From Candidatus Saccharimonadales bacterium (lineage in GTDB: Bacteria > Patescibacteriota > Saccharimonadia > Saccharimonadales > JANWIN01), in assembly GCA_025449905.1 (NCBI GenBank), contig JANWIN010000012.1, forward strand, positions 45,318-109,317: DNA of 64,000 nt. Reading direction: 5' to 3'. A model generated the notes under the pieces. That model searched no databases. It had not been told where the DNA came from and saw only the letters and a list, made by a program, of their open reading frames with translations. Positions 54,591 through 63,754 of the stretch are shown one piece after another (within the stretch, counting starts at the first letter, position 1; every line of letters starts with the position of its first letter). A program made the translations under genes and the position numbers.

Positions 54591-56438
54591 TTCATTGAAT
54601 CTCTTAGTCTTATGTTTCGGCGAGCCGTGAGCTCGGAGGGCATTAAAAATTACTATTACATCAACAGTCTCTTGGATAGCAGCCCCATAAATAGGTTTAA
54701 AGCGACCACTTGCAAATATCACCATCAGTAAAACACTCAAACTAATACCTATCCAAATACTTTGCTTGGCGATAAAAAAAGTTCGTTTAGCTATAGAAAT
54801 ACCAGTGGCTACTCTGCCGATATCATCAAGCATAATCACCACATCAGCCGATTCACTTGCTGCAGCTGATCCACGCGCACCCAAAGCAATGCCGACATCG
54901 GCAGCCGTCAAAACTGGCGCATCATTTACGCCGTCACCGACAAATCCAACCGGCCGCGGCTTGGCTTCTTCCACGATTTTTATTTTGTCGGCTGGCAAAG
55001 CCTCTGCGTAAACCTTATCAATGCTTAGCCGGCCAGCAATTTTACTGGCGGCCTCTTTGGTGTCGCCGGTGACCATCAAAAATTGTTTTACGCCAAACTT
55101 TTTCAGTTTCTCTAGAGTTGTTGAACTTTCTGGCCGGATTTCGTCTTTAAAGCTTATTACTGCTGCCAATTTTTTGTCTATGGCCACAAATACAACGGTC
55201 TGATTTTTGAGTGAAGTCTCGGGCAAGGCGACAGAGTGTTTTTTAAGTAGGCTATCACGTCCGACTAAAATATGTTTGCCATGGACATTCGCCGATAGTC
55301 CCAAACCGGCTTCATCGCTAATATTTTTAGCCTTAGGGAATTTAATTTTTTTCGTGTTAGCTTCATGGACAATGGCTTTAGCCAGTAGATGGTTGGAATT
55401 ATGTTCAGCAGCCGCGGCCATGCGTAAGACTTCTTCCTTCTCCAGACCTCCAAAAGTTTTTACTTGCTCAACAACCAGTTGACCCTTAGTTAGGGTGCCG
55501 GTTTTGTCAAAAGCCATGGTATTGATATCTGCCAGACGCTCTAACGCGCCACCATTTTTAATGATAATGCCATGTTTGGCTGAGCGACTCATACCAGAAA
55601 TAAGAGCAATCGGTGCGGCTAAGATAAGCGGGCAAGGAGTGGCAACAACCATAACCTCCAAAAATCTAATTGATTCGCCGCTAATCACCCAGGCGCCTAT
55701 GGCGATTGCAAAGGCTAAAATAGTGAAGGGAATGCTGTAGCGATCAGCCAGCCTAATAAAAGGCGATTTTGAGGAAGCCGCTTCGGCAACCAGCTTTACA
55801 ATTTGCTCATATTGACTGTCTTTGGCAGCCCGTAGAGCCCGAGCCGTTACTGCGCCATCAAGATTTATTGAGCCACTCAATAGCTCTTCATCTACTTGTT
55901 TAGCATTTGGTAGGCTCTCGCCGGTTAAACTAGACTCGTCAAAATTAGCCGTGCCTTCAATTATCACTGCATCAACTGGCACTTGCTCTCCGGCTTTAAT
56001 TACAATTTTATCGCCGGGTTTAACTTGGCTAGCCAGGACATCAACAGTCTTTCTGCCACGCAGAACGTGGGCCTTTTTAGGGGCGCTAGAAAGTAGGGCA
56101 TCAAGCTCTGTCTTGGCCCTATTGGCAGCGTAATTCTCCAGTGCTTCGCCACCCAGAAGCATCACCAAAATAATCATGGCTGCCCAATACTCACCAAAAA
56201 TCACAGCACTGACAATTGCTGTAGCGGCTAGAAGATCAACGCCATAAGTGCCACTTCGGAGCTCACGTAGCATATCCCAAACAATCGGAATAGTCATACC
56301 AATGGCTACTGTCGACAAAAAAATCTGTGGCTCGTCACGATATCCGGCTATAAATAAGGGCAGGGCAATCAAAATAGAAGCAACCACAAAACTAAATTGC
56401 TTATATTCTTTTATGAACTCACCAATTCTTTTAAACAT
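54579..56438 (-). CDS. heavy-metal P1B-type ATPase without N-terminal metal-binding domain
   Basis: DKTGTLT, TGD, GDGVNDAP; TM6 motif TPCP. Confidence 0.9.
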   Translation of the reverse strand: MFKRIGEFIKEYKQFSFVVASILIALPLFIAGYRDEPQIFLSTVAIGMTIPIVWDMLRELRSGTYGVDLLAATAIVSAVIFGEYWAAMIILVMLLGGEALENYAANRAKTELDALLSSAPKKAHVLRGRKTVDVLASQVKPGDKIVIKAGEQVPVDAVIIEGTANFDESSLTGESLPNAKQVDEELLSGSINLDGAVTARALRAAKDSQYEQIVKLVAEAASSKSPFIRLADRYSIPFTILAFAIAIGAWVISGESIRFLEVMVVATPCPLILAAPIALISGMSRSAKHGIIIKNGGALERLADINTMAFDKTGTLTKGQLVVEQVKTFGGLEKEEVLRMAAAAEHNSNHLLAKAIVHEANTKKIKFPKAKNISDEAGLGLSANVHGKHILVGRDSLLKKHSVALPETSLKNQTVVFVAIDKKLAAVISFKDEIRPESSTTLEKLKKFGVKQFLMVTGDTKEAASKIAGRLSIDKVYAEALPADKIKIVEEAKPRPVGFVGDGVNDAPVLTAADVGIALGARGSAAASESADVVIMLDDIGRVATGISIAKRTFFIAKQSIWIGISLSVLLMVIFASGRFKPIYGAAIQETVDVIVIFNALRAHGSPKHKTKRFNELNA

Positions 56439-56447
56439 AAAAAATTA

Positions 56448-56525
56448 TGGGGCGAATGATGGGACTTGAACCCACGACCTCCTGGACCACAACCAGGCGC
56501 TCTAACCAGCTGAGCTACATTCGCC
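56448..56525 (-). tRNA. tRNA-His (GUG)
   Basis: Encoded G-1 opposite C73, anticodon loop uuGUGgu, encoded CCA. Confidence 0.9.
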
Positions 56526-56583
56526 TTAACAGATGAGATTATAGCATGCGCTATCTATCTTATAAGATATAATGATGTCTGAT

Positions 56584-56658
56584 GCGGGTGTGGTATAACG
56601 GCTATTACTCCAGTTTTCCAAACTGGTTACGAGGGTTCGACTCCCTCCACCCGCACCA
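56584..56658 (+). tRNA. tRNA-Gly (UCC)
   Basis: Acceptor gcgggtg/cacccgc, anticodon stem ccagt/actgg, loop uuUCCaa, CCA. Confidence 0.9.
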
Positions 56659-56662
56659 TAAC

Positions 56663-56739
56663 GCCCCCGTAGCTCAGCTGGATAGAGCAGGAGACTTCTA
56701 AGCTCAAGGTCGCAAGTTCGAATCTTGCCGGGGGTACCA
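56663..56739 (+). tRNA. tRNA-Arg (UCU), weak anticodon stem
   Basis: Good acceptor, D and T arms; loop cuUCUaa but only 3 Watson-Crick pairs in anticodon stem (ggaga/gctca). Confidence 0.75.
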
Positions 56740-56777
56740 AACATAAGCATTTTTACTATTGGTGATATTATTATTTT

Positions 56778-57539
56778 ATGAAGGAAAATCAGCGAGGCTT
56801 CGCTGCTTTAGAAGGTCTACTAATTTTCTTAATAGTCGCAATTATTGGCGGCGTAGGCTGGTTTGTCTGGAAAAGTCATAATAGTGCCAACGATTCCTTA
56901 GATAATGCTAATGCGGCCAACGGTGGTGACTTGCCAAAACTTGCTCCGGTAATGACCTATAAAGAGTGCCTAAAGTCCAAAACCAGCACCGTAGATAATA
57001 AATCTTTTCCAAAGACATGTACTTCGAAGGCGGGTAAAAAATTTACCGACCCGAACCCCTATGCCGATTGGAAAAACTACTCATCCACAGTTGGTAAATA
57101 TTCATTAAAGCATCCCGCCAACTGGCAGGCAGTTGTATGCAATCCGGCAGAGACTGACTTGACTTTGTACCTTGGGCCAACCAAGGCCTCTAGTGCGGTT
57201 TGTTCCTCGGGGAAGCCGGCGCAAATAAGAGTTGTTTCAACCCCTGCTGTGCCAACATTCTCGGAGCAAAATATGAGCTCAAACACTTACTCCGATATAA
57301 CCAGTAAAAAAATAGTCGCCGATGGTGTAACCGGCAAGCGTCAATCAGGAAAGTTAAAAGCTGATCAAGGCGGCCCTGAAGCTATACCCGCCAATACCCA
57401 AGTGGTTATTTATCAATTTTTAGCAACAGGACGAAGCTACATAATTATTTATATACAAACACCAACTGGTGATTACTCCTCTAACAGCTTGAAGCTTTTT
57501 GACTCAATGGTTCAAAATACCTTCAAAATTAACACATAA
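56778..57539 (+). CDS. orphan prepilin-type N-terminal domain protein
   Basis: QRGFAALEGLLIFLIVAII (G|F...E5); TGaTATTAT -10 six nt before ATG. Confidence 0.65.
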   Translation: MKENQRGFAALEGLLIFLIVAIIGGVGWFVWKSHNSANDSLDNANAANGGDLPKLAPVMTYKECLKSKTSTVDNKSFPKTCTSKAGKKFTDPNPYADWKNYSSTVGKYSLKHPANWQAVVCNPAETDLTLYLGPTKASSAVCSSGKPAQIRVVSTPAVPTFSEQNMSSNTYSDITSKKIVADGVTGKRQSGKLKADQGGPEAIPANTQVVIYQFLATGRSYIIIYIQTPTGDYSSNSLKLFDSMVQNTFKINT

Positions 57540-57610
57540 TTTGTAAGATAACTCACTGAAACAGTTCGCTTAAAATAGTACGATTTACCTTGTTAAACGA
57601 GGTATTAAGC

Positions 57611-57946
57611 ATGAGAACACGGTTGTTAGCAATAAATTTAGTAAATGTTTTTCTTAGTGTAGTGGAAGTAGCTTTGGGCTTAAGATTCATTCTAAAATTA
57701 TTCGGCGCAAATCCAAACAATGATTTCGTAAGTTGGTTATACAGTATGACCAGTGTTTTACTCGATCCGTTTCGCGGGATTTTTCCCACCAAAGTTTTTG
57801 AGAACAAGTATATATTTGAGTTTGTAACTCTTTTTGCAATGCTAATTTATGCAATGCTGGCGCTATTAATCATTGCGGTAATAAATGCGGTGACCGAACC
57901 TGCAACTCCTACTAAAAAAACTACAATTATCAAAAAACGAGCCTAA
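57611..57946 (+). CDS. YggT family membrane protein
   Basis: LRFILKLFGANP.N.FV..LY..T..LL.PFR; GAGG RBS before ATG 57611. Confidence 0.65.
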   Translation: MRTRLLAINLVNVFLSVVEVALGLRFILKLFGANPNNDFVSWLYSMTSVLLDPFRGIFPTKVFENKYIFEFVTLFAMLIYAMLALLIIAVINAVTEPATPTKKTTIIKKRA

Positions 57947-58025
57947 ATTTAGTACAAGACTTATAATAAGACACACTAGTTCGTCGGGTTGTTATAATGT
58001 GTTCAAAGTAGTTGGACAATAATAT

Positions 58026-58787
58026 ATGGGAAAAACTAATCTTAAATTGGAAAACGCGCCTATTGTGGGAGTAACTGCAACTCATTACACAGAACCAAAA
58101 GAAGTTCGTTTTCAGCTGGCTAAAAAAACTGTGGAGGCATGGAGAAAAGCTGGCCTACCGCTTATTGTTGCTGATACATCACCTAAGTCTTGGGTCGTGG
58201 ATGAATTGGCAGATCGAGGGGCTATTATATGCCCCAAACCCAGCCCGGGCTTAGCAACCCAGTATATAGACGGTGTAAATTTTGCGCTCAAGAACGGCGC
58301 AAAGAAAATTCTAACCGCCGAGCCAGAAAAAATTGATCTAGCCAAATTTGCCCTTGACCCCATTAGCCATAGTCTAGAGCATAGCGATATTGTTGTGGTG
58401 GGCAGGACTCTTAAATCTATGCGCTCATTACCGACTTACCAAGCAAAAATTGAAGAAGCCACAGCTTTGGTATTTGAAAAGTTTGGTTATCCGCCAGACG
58501 TTATGTCCGGCATCCGTGCTTATTCAAAAGAAGGCGCTAAAGTGTTCGTTAAATATGATGCTGATAAATATGGCAACAACTGGGTTCGCTTGCATGAACC
58601 TTTAGTCCGAGCTCGCAAAAAGGGACTGAAGATAACTGGGGTCTTGATAGATCTTATATATCCGCAAGAGGTTCGCGACCAAGAACAAGATAATCCCGCC
58701 TTTGACATGAAACGGCTTGACCAAAGCCTAATACATTTACAGTGGCTTCTAAAACAAGAGGGCTACAAGATAAGCTTCCCAGTTTAA
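58026..58787 (+). CDS. hypothetical protein (Rossmann-like alpha/beta pattern)
   Basis: 253 aa ORF; 4-nt convergent overlap with murA fusion gene. Confidence 0.5.
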   Translation: MGKTNLKLENAPIVGVTATHYTEPKEVRFQLAKKTVEAWRKAGLPLIVADTSPKSWVVDELADRGAIICPKPSPGLATQYIDGVNFALKNGAKKILTAEPEKIDLAKFALDPISHSLEHSDIVVVGRTLKSMRSLPTYQAKIEEATALVFEKFGYPPDVMSGIRAYSKEGAKVFVKYDADKYGNNWVRLHEPLVRARKKGLKITGVLIDLIYPQEVRDQEQDNPAFDMKRLDQSLIHLQWLLKQEGYKISFPV

Positions 58788-60304
58788 ATTTCGTTTAAGA
58801 CCTGGATATTAGCACCAAGGCTGTTGAGGCGTTCGGCTAAATCTTCATAGCCACGATTGATTGAGTAAACATTTCTAAGAGTCGACATGCCGTCAGCGGC
58901 AAGCATGCCAATTAGTAAAATCACGGCTGGCCGCAGGGCCGGTGGGCAGGCGACATCGGCGGCGCTGAACTTTGTTGGCCCATCTATGTAAGCACGGTGT
59001 GGATCGGCCAGAGTGACATTGGCGCCTAGCTTACGCATCTCGGTATAATAAAGTGCCCGCTCGTCATAGACCCAGTCATGTATTAAAGTGCGGCCTTTAG
59101 CTACGGCGGCAATTGGAATAAAGTAGGGCAGGTTATCAATATTAAGTCCCGGGTAAGGGCGGGCATAAATCTTTTCATCCAAAGCTTCTAGCTTGCCATG
59201 ATGTTTATAAATTGTGACGTTGGCCAGTTCGGTGTGGCCATTATGAGCCTTATATTGCGAAGAAACTTTAAACCTTAGACCCATTTTTTTAAGCTTTAGT
59301 AGTTCCAGTTCCAAAAACTCAATTGGTGCTCGCTTAATTGTGATTTCCGAGTCTGTAGTTATAGCCGCCGCAATGAAAGTCATGGCTTCAATCGGGTCTT
59401 CGCTTGGGTAATATGTAACATTCTTTTTTATCTCACGCACGCCTTGAACTCGCAGCGTGCTGGTACCAATGCCCTCAATTTTGACCCCCAGCTTTCTCAA
59501 AAAGAAACACATATCCTGCACCATGTAATTAGCGCTAGCCATTTTTATAACTGTTTCCTGCTCAAAACGCGCAGCGGCCATCAAAACATTTTCAGTGGTA
59601 GTATCACCAGATTCATAAAGTACTATTTGCGGCGTATGTTTTCTATTGACTGTGACGTTGTAGTGACCGCTTTTAGCCAGGATGTTGACGCCTAGTTCCT
59701 CCAAGGCAAATAAATGTGGCTGAACAGTTCTTGTACCCAAACGACAGCCGCCGGCGTAGGGAATCTTAAATTCATTGAATATATGCATCAGCGGCCCAAG
59801 CATCATGAGCACGCTGCGGGTTTTGCGAGCTGCGGATTTATTCATCTTGGCCATATTAGGTTTAGCTGGTGGTTTAATTTCCAAATCGTTACCGGCCAGC
59901 CATTTAACCTGCACACCGATACTCTCTAAAACTTCAATAATACGATTAACTTCCTCAATTCGCGGCATGGCTTTGAGCCGAGTCGTGCCTTTGTTAAGTA
60001 GAGCAGCAAAGAGTAGGGCTACTGCTGCATTTTTAGAAACCTTGGTTTCAATCGAGCCTTTTAGCTCATGGCCGCCCTCCACTCGCAGATTCATTGAGCT
60101 ACCGGAAATGCTGATAATTGGCTTTTGCAGAACGTCGCTAATGCGTCCCAAGGTATCTAAGCTAAGGTTTTGTTTACCATGTTCAATCCGGTTGACGGCC
60201 GATTGGCTGGTGCCAAGCTGGCGGGCAAAAGCGGCTTGGGTTAGTCCGCGGTCTTGCCTTAATTGATAAATAAGATGGCCAATTTTTTCGTTTGTGGAGG
60301 GCAT
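58784..60304 (-). CDS. murA: XRE-type HTH domain fused to UDP-N-acetylglucosamine 1-carboxyvinyltransferase (MurA)
   Basis: N-terminal LRQDRGLTQAAFARQLGTSQSAVNRIEHGKQN, then MurA body with catalytic-loop Cys (YAGGCRLGTRTVQPH). Confidence 0.85.
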   Translation of the reverse strand: MPSTNEKIGHLIYQLRQDRGLTQAAFARQLGTSQSAVNRIEHGKQNLSLDTLGRISDVLQKPIISISGSSMNLRVEGGHELKGSIETKVSKNAAVALLFAALLNKGTTRLKAMPRIEEVNRIIEVLESIGVQVKWLAGNDLEIKPPAKPNMAKMNKSAARKTRSVLMMLGPLMHIFNEFKIPYAGGCRLGTRTVQPHLFALEELGVNILAKSGHYNVTVNRKHTPQIVLYESGDTTTENVLMAAARFEQETVIKMASANYMVQDMCFFLRKLGVKIEGIGTSTLRVQGVREIKKNVTYYPSEDPIEAMTFIAAAITTDSEITIKRAPIEFLELELLKLKKMGLRFKVSSQYKAHNGHTELANVTIYKHHGKLEALDEKIYARPYPGLNIDNLPYFIPIAAVAKGRTLIHDWVYDERALYYTEMRKLGANVTLADPHRAYIDGPTKFSAADVACPPALRPAVILLIGMLAADGMSTLRNVYSINRGYEDLAERLNSLGANIQVLNEI

Positions 60305-60371
60305 ACGTACAAAAGTATACCATCTAGGATATAAAAAACAAGAAGTATTAAACCTGTTAAAATATATCTAA

Positions 60372-61631
60372 ATGAAAGATAAAGAAATTGAGAAGTTAAT
60401 TAAGGCCGAAGTTGTGCGTCAAAGCGAGGGCTTGGAAATGATCCCCAGCGAAAATCATACTTCGACGGATGTGCTGAAAGCTTTGGGTTGTCGGCTGACT
60501 GACAAATACTCGGAAGGCTATCCGGGGATGCGTTACTACGGCGGCTGCGAAGTAGTCGATGCTGTCGAAAATCTAGCCCGCGATCGCGCTAAAAAACTAT
60601 TTGGCACGACCCATGCTAATGTTCAGCCATATTCCGGCTCGCCGGCTAACCAAGCTGTTTATTTTGCGCTGCTTGATCCCGGTGACACCGTTATGGGCAT
60701 GGACCTGTACTTTGGCGGTCATATGACCCATGGGCTGAAAGTTAATTTCTCTGGCAAATGGTTTAATTCAGTTTTGTACCAAACTGGCAAGGACGGTTAC
60801 CTAGATTACGAAGCTATGGCCAAGATGGCAGTCAAAGAAAAGCCAAAAATGATTATTGCCGGCGCAACGGTATACCCGCGAATTTTTGATTGGGAAAAAC
60901 TAAAAGCTATAGCCGACAGCGTCGGTGCTTGGTTTTTAGCCGACGTATCGCACATTGCTGGATTGATTGTCGCTGGTGAGCATCCTTCGCCCGTCGGTCT
61001 GGCTGACGTTGTCATGACGACAACACATAAAACCCTACGCGGGCCGCGCGGGGCAATCTTACTCTGTAACGGCAAAGAGTCAACACCGCTCAAAAAAGTT
61101 GAACGCCAGCGCGAAAATCTGCCGACGCTAATTGATCGGGCCATCATTCCGGGTTTGCAGGGTGGTCCTCACAATCATCAGACGGCCGCTATTGCCGTGG
61201 CCTTGAACGAAGCCGCCCAACCAGCTTTTAAAACTTATGGGCAACAAGTCGTTAAAAACGCTAAAACTCTAGCTAATGAATTAACTAACCGCGGCTATAA
61301 TTTAGTAACCGGCGGCACAGACAATCACTTAATGTTAATAGACCTTAGCAGTAAGGGCGTACTCGGCGCCGAAGCGGAGAAAGCCCTAGGCAAGGCGGGC
61401 ATCACTGTCAATAAAAACACCGTGCCATTTGACCCAAGACCACCATTTAGCCCGTCAGGGATAAGGTTAGGGACGCCCGCACTAACAACTCGGGGCATGA
61501 AAGAAGCCGAAATGGTGCAAGTAGCCGGCTGGATAGACCAAGCTATCACCCACTCCGCTGACGATAAAATACTTAACAAGTTAAGCATAGAGATTAAGGC
61601 CTTTTGTAAGCAGTATCCCCTACCTGCTTAA
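60372..61631 (+). CDS. glyA: serine hydroxymethyltransferase
   Basis: SENHTS, YGGCE, PLP site TTTHKTLRGPRG. Confidence 0.97.
   Translation: MKDKEIEKLIKAEVVRQSEGLEMIPSENHTSTDVLKALGCRLTDKYSEGYPGMRYYGGCEVVDAVENLARDRAKKLFGTTHANVQPYSGSPANQAVYFALLDPGDTVMGMDLYFGGHMTHGLKVNFSGKWFNSVLYQTGKDGYLDYEAMAKMAVKEKPKMIIAGATVYPRIFDWEKLKAIADSVGAWFLADVSHIAGLIVAGEHPSPVGLADVVMTTTHKTLRGPRGAILLCNGKESTPLKKVERQRENLPTLIDRAIIPGLQGGPHNHQTAAIAVALNEAAQPAFKTYGQQVVKNAKTLANELTNRGYNLVTGGTDNHLMLIDLSSKGVLGAEAEKALGKAGITVNKNTVPFDPRPPFSPSGIRLGTPALTTRGMKEAEMVQVAGWIDQAITHSADDKILNKLSIEIKAFCKQYPLPA
61573..61584. repeat. one-mismatch variant TTAACAAGTTAA (inside glyA)
   Basis: Same 20-mer as in recX. Confidence 0.75.
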
Positions 61632-61635
61632 AACT

Positions 61636-61657
61636 AATACTTAACATGTTAAGTATT
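61636..61657. repeat. TTAACATGTTAA palindrome copy 6, extended to 22-bp perfect palindrome; likely bidirectional terminator hairpin
   Basis: aatacTTAACATGTTAAgtatt between convergent glyA and murB. Confidence 0.9.
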
Positions 61658-61670
61658 ATGAACAAGATAA

Positions 61671-62723
61671 TTATTTAAATTCTCCGAGGAACCGAACTTC
61701 AGGTTCAAGTTTTATGCCTAACCTCTTCTCCACTGTCTCCAGAATTTCTTGGACTACGTTGTACATTTCCTGGGCCGTGGCCTGACCGGCATTTTCTAAT
61801 TTTAAAATATGATCGGGGTGCAAGCGGACATTGCCCCAGCTTTGGCTGCGTTTAAAACCGGCCGCTAAGAGGACATGGGCGGCTGACACACGCATTTTAT
61901 CTTCACCGTGAATGACTTGTTGCCGGATTAGTTGGTCACGGCTGACGTCTGACTCTTCAAAATTAATGATGTTTTGGATTTGATCTTCATTAACAACCGG
62001 ATTTTTGAAGAATGAGCCGGCTGTCCAAGGCCCGCTGTTACGATCTTTAAGCAGAGAGCCTGCACGACTGCGGGTTTCTAAAATAATTTTACGTCGGTTA
62101 GCTAGCGTATCCGGCTTAATTCCGAGTTCACGAGCAACTTTCAAAGCTGATTCATATTCCAATACTCCGGTAGGGCTCTTTTTTAATTCAAAAGTAGCAT
62201 CTATAACTATTCTGTGGGAATTATCGGCTTGCTGAAGCGCACTACTACGATATTCAAATTTTAAATTTTTTTTATCCCAGGTTTTTATTTCGCCGGTTTC
62301 AGAATTTAGTATTGTTGCTTCAACAAAACTATCGGCTACTTTGTGGCCATAAGCGGCAATATTACCGGCTACCGCCGCACCCACGCCGCCGGGTATGCCA
62401 CTGGTAAATTCCAAACCCCACAAATTTTTGGTAATCAACTTTTGGATAAACTCATCCCAGTCTACGCCGCTATCAACTTTAAAGCTTGTTTGTGATAGCT
62501 CTTCAATTTTGCCATGCCGATTTAAAATAACAGTACCCGGCAAACCTTTGTCCGATATCAAACAATTGGTGCCGTAACCCAAAATCCAAACCGGTTTATC
62601 GTTATTCTCGGCGATAACTTTTTGCAAATCATCCTCCTCATCTAGCACAATCAAATTCTCTGCCGGCCCACCAGTTTTTAATGATGTGTAAGCACTTAAC
62701 CCAGCGTTATTTTGCCTGTTCAT
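61671..62723 (-). CDS. murB: UDP-N-acetylmuramate dehydrogenase
   Basis: FAD-binding ILGYGTNCLISD, GGVGAAVAGNIAAYG, C-terminal MurB domain. Confidence 0.9.
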   Translation of the reverse strand: MNRQNNAGLSAYTSLKTGGPAENLIVLDEEDDLQKVIAENNDKPVWILGYGTNCLISDKGLPGTVILNRHGKIEELSQTSFKVDSGVDWDEFIQKLITKNLWGLEFTSGIPGGVGAAVAGNIAAYGHKVADSFVEATILNSETGEIKTWDKKNLKFEYRSSALQQADNSHRIVIDATFELKKSPTGVLEYESALKVARELGIKPDTLANRRKIILETRSRAGSLLKDRNSGPWTAGSFFKNPVVNEDQIQNIINFEESDVSRDQLIRQQVIHGEDKMRVSAAHVLLAAGFKRSQSWGNVRLHPDHILKLENAGQATAQEMYNVVQEILETVEKRLGIKLEPEVRFLGEFK

Positions 62724-62790
62724 AACTTAAGCCTATTATACCTGCTTTTGCTTGCATCGGGTTTGACGGAAGTAGTAAGATATTAAGTGC

Positions 62791-63345
62791 ATGAGGAGTA
62801 ACCGTTCACGCCCTAATTCCACCCGCCAGCAGCTGGGTAATAGACTGAAATTAGAAAGAGAACGCTTGCAAGAAAGCCTAGCAGAAGTTTCTGGGGCGGT
62901 AGAAATAGACATAGATTCAATGCAAAAAATTGAGCGTGGCGAACAAGTGCCAAGCGAAGAAATTTTGCTTTTATTAATCAGTCACTTTGACATGGAAGAT
63001 AACGCCGCTGCCAAGTTATGGGCAATGGCCGGCTACAACGACGATGACGGTGCCGATATTGACACTCCAAAAACTCGCGGGGTGATGACGCCGGAAGATT
63101 TGAAGATTGATTATACTGACATGGTTCACATCGCTGCCAATGAATTTGGTGTGACAATGAACTTTATGCAAAGCACTGGTGCTGGAAACCAGCCAATGCT
63201 GATTTCACGCCTTGGCATGAGCCGTGAACACGCCGAATTTATTATTGATTCACTTCAACAAAGCCTTAAAAAGCCGCAGCTGAAAAGTGGTATTACAAAA
63301 GTTTTGCCCAAACCCAAAGCTCACAAGAAAACAGACAGAAATTAG
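62791..63345 (+). CDS. XRE-type HTH domain protein
   Basis: LGNRLKLERERLQESLAEVSGAVEIDIDSMQKIERGEQVP. Confidence 0.6.
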   Translation: MRSNRSRPNSTRQQLGNRLKLERERLQESLAEVSGAVEIDIDSMQKIERGEQVPSEEILLLLISHFDMEDNAAAKLWAMAGYNDDDGADIDTPKTRGVMTPEDLKIDYTDMVHIAANEFGVTMNFMQSTGAGNQPMLISRLGMSREHAEFIIDSLQQSLKKPQLKSGITKVLPKPKAHKKTDRN

Positions 63346-63353
63346 TTAAAACT

Positions 63354-63671
63354 TTAAGCAGAGCTTTGGTTTAGATCGGCTTGAGCTGCTCGTTGGTTAT
63401 AAAGTGCCTGCTCTTTGTTCTTCGCATCATAATTCATATATACCGCATTAATATAGCTGCCTATTCCAACGGATAAAGCACCAGCTGCATAGGCTGAGCC
63501 TTCTGAGGTGTTTAGATTGCCACGTTCGCCTGCTCTGTACATCAAAACACAATAAACTAAGAATCCGCCGGCCGCTAAAACTTTAGAAAACTTATTCCGA
63601 AGATCAGCTTGATGGTATTCGTATTCTAAATGGCTAAGAGGACTAGGTTCGCTCATGACTACATTATCCAA
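63354..63671 (-). CDS. hypothetical membrane protein
   Basis: 105 aa, two hydrophobic helices. Confidence 0.5.
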   Translation of the reverse strand: MDNVVMSEPSPLSHLEYEYHQADLRNKFSKVLAAGGFLVYCVLMYRAGERGNLNTSEGSAYAAGALSVGIGSYINAVYMNYDAKNKEQALYNQRAAQADLNQSSA

Positions 63672-63754
63672 TAAGTTTTATTAAAAACAATGATATGCTC
63701 AAATGACTTAACTTTAGGCTAAAATCTATGAGTCATAATCTATAATGATTGTGT

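Noticed and set aside
690-61657. The TTAACATGTTAA copies in genes always use the same reading frame (xTT AAC ATG TTA Axx), considered as independent evidence of selection
   Set aside because: The other two frames contain TAA stops on either strand. The frame is therefore forced and adds no evidence. The argument rests on copy number and flank identity instead.
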